Below, piece by piece: positions 60,972 through 64,000 of a stretch of DNA of 64,000 bases. Where the stretch lies: the NCBI GenBank assembly GCA_010909165.1, contig VJWM01000144.1, positions 310,001 through 374,000 on the forward strand, written 5' to 3'. The notes beneath the pieces were generated by a model. It saw only the letters and a program-made list of their open reading frames with translations. It ran no database searches and had not been told where the DNA came from. Each line of letters begins with the position of its first letter. The first letter of the stretch is position 1. The position numbers and the translations under genes were made by a program. This stretch comes from Anthoceros angustus (lineage: Eukaryota; Plantae; Anthocerotophyta).

Positions 60972-63900
60972 TGATGACACAAGCCGACCTCGGGCATTAA
61001 CACGAGAAATTTTGAAGGGGTTAAACCCTCTTCCGGCATATTTGGACCCCCTTCCGCTTAATTACAAAATAGCTAAATCAGTAACAAGCCTTGCATGAGA
61101 AGCATGCAGCCCTGGATCTAGTTAGTAAGTTGTAAGTAGTGGTGGTAAGACTTAGCTTAGGGCTTAAGGAAGAAAGTCTGCTTTTAGCAGTTACTTTGGA
61201 AATGAAGTAAGCCTCCCTATATAAGGAGATGAGGCTAGCCCTAGAGATATATCTTGTGATTCTAGCATGGGGAGCTACACTCTTGAGGATAGGACTTTGG
61301 AGCCTAAAGGCCTTGGGAGCCTAGAGTGTGAGCATGTCTAGAAGGATCCTAGCACTTGGGAGCTACACTCTTGTGAGGATAGGACTTTGGTGCCTAGAGG
61401 CCTTGGGAGCCTAGAGTGTGAGCGTGCTAGAGGAGGCTGAGGAGGAGATCGAGGGGAGAGCTAAGCTCCTAGCTTAGGCAAAGATGGGGAGCTCTCTGAT
61501 CTCTCATGTATTCTTGTTGACTCTTCTGGAATAAATAGCGATGTGTCGATCGCGTCGTCCGTGGAAGGACGGCGGGCTACTTGGAGGCCTAGTCTTTGGT
61601 GTCTGGTGATGTTTTTGTCGCTAATCATGTGATCGCCCCACCTCACCGAAAAGGGGTGTTACTTGTGGTATCGAGCTCAAGGTTGAAGCATCTTTTAGCT
61701 AGGACGCTAGCCGGAGATGGCCGATCCTCAAGAGCCAGAGGCAGAGAGAATACGGCGAAGAAAGAGAAGGCTCCTATGGTGGAGACCACGGTGGATGAGC
61801 CTCGGATGGAGCCACTAATTCTCGAACGGCAGAGGTATACCTGGGTCAAGACCGTCACCATGCCGCAAGAGGAGCTTCAAAATCTTTTGAGGAAGAATGG
61901 AAGCTCTAGAGCAACAAGTACAAGGAAAAGGAAGCTCGATGAAGCAGAAGGATGATGAAGGACGAATTGGAGCTGGCCCGAAAGGAGTAGAGCAAGGAGA
62001 CCCAAGAAGTTGAGGCTAAGCGTTGCCCCAGATAGGTATAGGTATAAGGGTGAACGAGATGTGGAGAAAATCAATTCGTGGTTTTCTCATTGGAAGGATA
62101 CTCGCAGGATTCCGCAGAAGAGTATCTAGATCACATCGTTAACTTCTTAGAAGGGTACGCCTTACTTGGTGGAGAACTTATGTTCGAGTATTGAACAAGG
62201 TAATAGAGTGGAAACTATTTCCACCGGCGTAATTCAAAGATGCACGCAACTTCAATTCCGACCAACTAATGCATCTATCTTGGCAAGAAGGATGCTAGAG
62301 AATGTGAAGCACAGAATGTTGCGATGTGAGTGAATTTAGCATGTGTTACAATGCCCGATATGCGGGAGGTGGATAAGCTCCAGGTTTTATAGTGGACTCA
62401 AAGGTGGGCTCTGGATAGAATTCGGATGACAAACCTCAAAATCTGCGAGAGGCTATTATGGCTGCAGATGCGATACGACACAAGTCGTGCCGAGGAAGCA
62501 CCGGTGTCTTTCGGAGGAAGGTATCCAAGATCTTTTCAAGGAAGATCACGAGGTAGAGGAAGAGCCACCAACAGGGCATATTGGAACAAATGATAATGTT
62601 GGGAGGCGAGGAAGAGGAAGAGGAGCCAATAGAGGTCGTGGCCGTGGAAGCCAAAGGACGACAGGCCCTCAATTCGGTGCGTGCTTCAGTTGTGGGGAGC
62701 AAGGACACTTTGCGAAAGATTGTCCGCATGTTGGGAATTCCCAACTGAACGTGATAGCCACCAATCCTCAAGCTCCGAGACTTAGGATTCAGGAGCTTGC
62801 TGCAGAGCCCAAATGACGCCAGTGGCCACATGTTGTGGTGACAGCATGTGGTGAGTCATCTAGTGTCAAGGATGACACTATTTTGAGGGAAGGTGGAGCC
62901 CTTATGTACATATGTGGAAAGATGAATGGCTTAGAAGTAGAGTTATTGTTGGACTCGCCACCCACAATTTTATAACTCGCAAGGCGAAAGAGCTTGGGCT
63001 AGAATGGGCTAGTACTTCCGCCATATGGAATCAAGCAAGCTAAAGGAACTCGCTTTTCTTGGGTGAATTGCATGGAGTAAAGCTGCAAATAGAAGCGTGG
63101 GAAGGATACATGAGTTTCACGATTGTAGACATGGATGACCATGATGTTATCTTGGGTCTAGAGTGGATGAAATCCAATGAAGTGCGTGTAGATGTGAAGT
63201 CCCGCACCATTGAGATATTGAAGAATGGAAAGCACAAGGTGGTTTGTGCTAATCTTAGTCAAGCTTGAGATGTGCTCGACAGTTGATTTCAAAAGAGAGC
63301 TCAAGGACATAAGACAAGAAGGAGCTTTATCTAGTTATGCTCCGATTAGAGGATGGTCTTGAGGAAGAATCCTCAAGAGAAAGACATCCCAAGGAATTAC
63401 AGTCTTGGATGACTTTAAGGATTTGATGCGATGAATTGCCACCTTTACCGTCTCATAGAGTAGTAGATCATGAGATTGAATTGAGGCCGAGTACGCCTCG
63501 TCGAGAGCACCATATAGATTGTCGCAGGATGAGCTGGAACTCAAGCGACAACTATCCAACCTGGCAAAGGGATATATCAGTCTCTAAGTCTCCTTTTGGT
63601 GCGCGGTATTGTTTACGCAAGAAGAATGGAGGACTAAGGATGTGTTTAGATTACGAGCTCGAATCAAATTACGATGAAGAATGCATATCCTTTGCCAAGA
63701 ATGGATGATATGTTTGAGTTGAAGGGTGCCAAGTATTTCACCAAGCTAGATCGATGGCGGGTACTATCGGATCGAATCGCAGAGGGACATGAGTACAAAG
63801 ACTTGTAGGACCGTATGGGGCTTTTGAATTTCGGTCATGCCATTTGGACTTACTAATGCACTGCCACATTTCATACACTTATGAATACTATATTCATAGA

Positions 63901-64000
63901 TCCGTGGACAAGTGTGTTGTAATCTATCTGGATGACATTTTGATCTTTAGCCATACCTTGGAGGAACATCTGAACACTTAAGAGAAGTGTTACAAGCTAA
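60972..64000 (+). mobile_element. Ty3/gypsy LTR retrotransposon, degenerate, continues past the window end
   Basis: 5' LTR ~60972-61663 (TATA ~61218, internal repeat 61263-61430); PBS-like tggtatcgagc at 61666-76; gag with CFSCGEQGHFAKDC knuckle; protease LLDS..THNF; RT SKSPFGA, KKNGGLRMC, YLDDILIFS. Confidence 0.92.

Overview
Eukaryotic, gene-dense window with short GT-AG introns from a seed-free land plant. The PPR style and compact introns are most reminiscent of a hornwort, but that assignment is inference only. Left to right: a tandemly re-duplicated, intron-containing tyrosine-recombinase (Crypton/DUF3504-like) element; a Ty1/copia LTR+gag remnant; a very large VLIG/GBP-like GTPase with Cys/His-rich repeats and a C-terminal VWA domain, plus a decayed second copy; a PLS-E+ PPR gene; four alpha/beta epoxide hydrolases generated by tandem and inverted duplication; nitrobindin; farnesyl-diphosphate synthase; plastid soluble pyrophosphatase; uroporphyrinogen decarboxylase (UROD); two CRE-like non-LTR retroelements; two single-lobe, probably GPI-anchored transferrins; an orphan membrane ORF; and a Ty3/gypsy element running off the end. 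The strongest novel candidate is an in-frame splice joining the last pyrophosphatase exon to a UROD that has no transit-peptide exon of its own, predicting a 656-aa PPase-UROD fusion. Many 1-bp frameshifts occur in repeated regions but not in the single-copy housekeeping genes, so some may be consensus errors.
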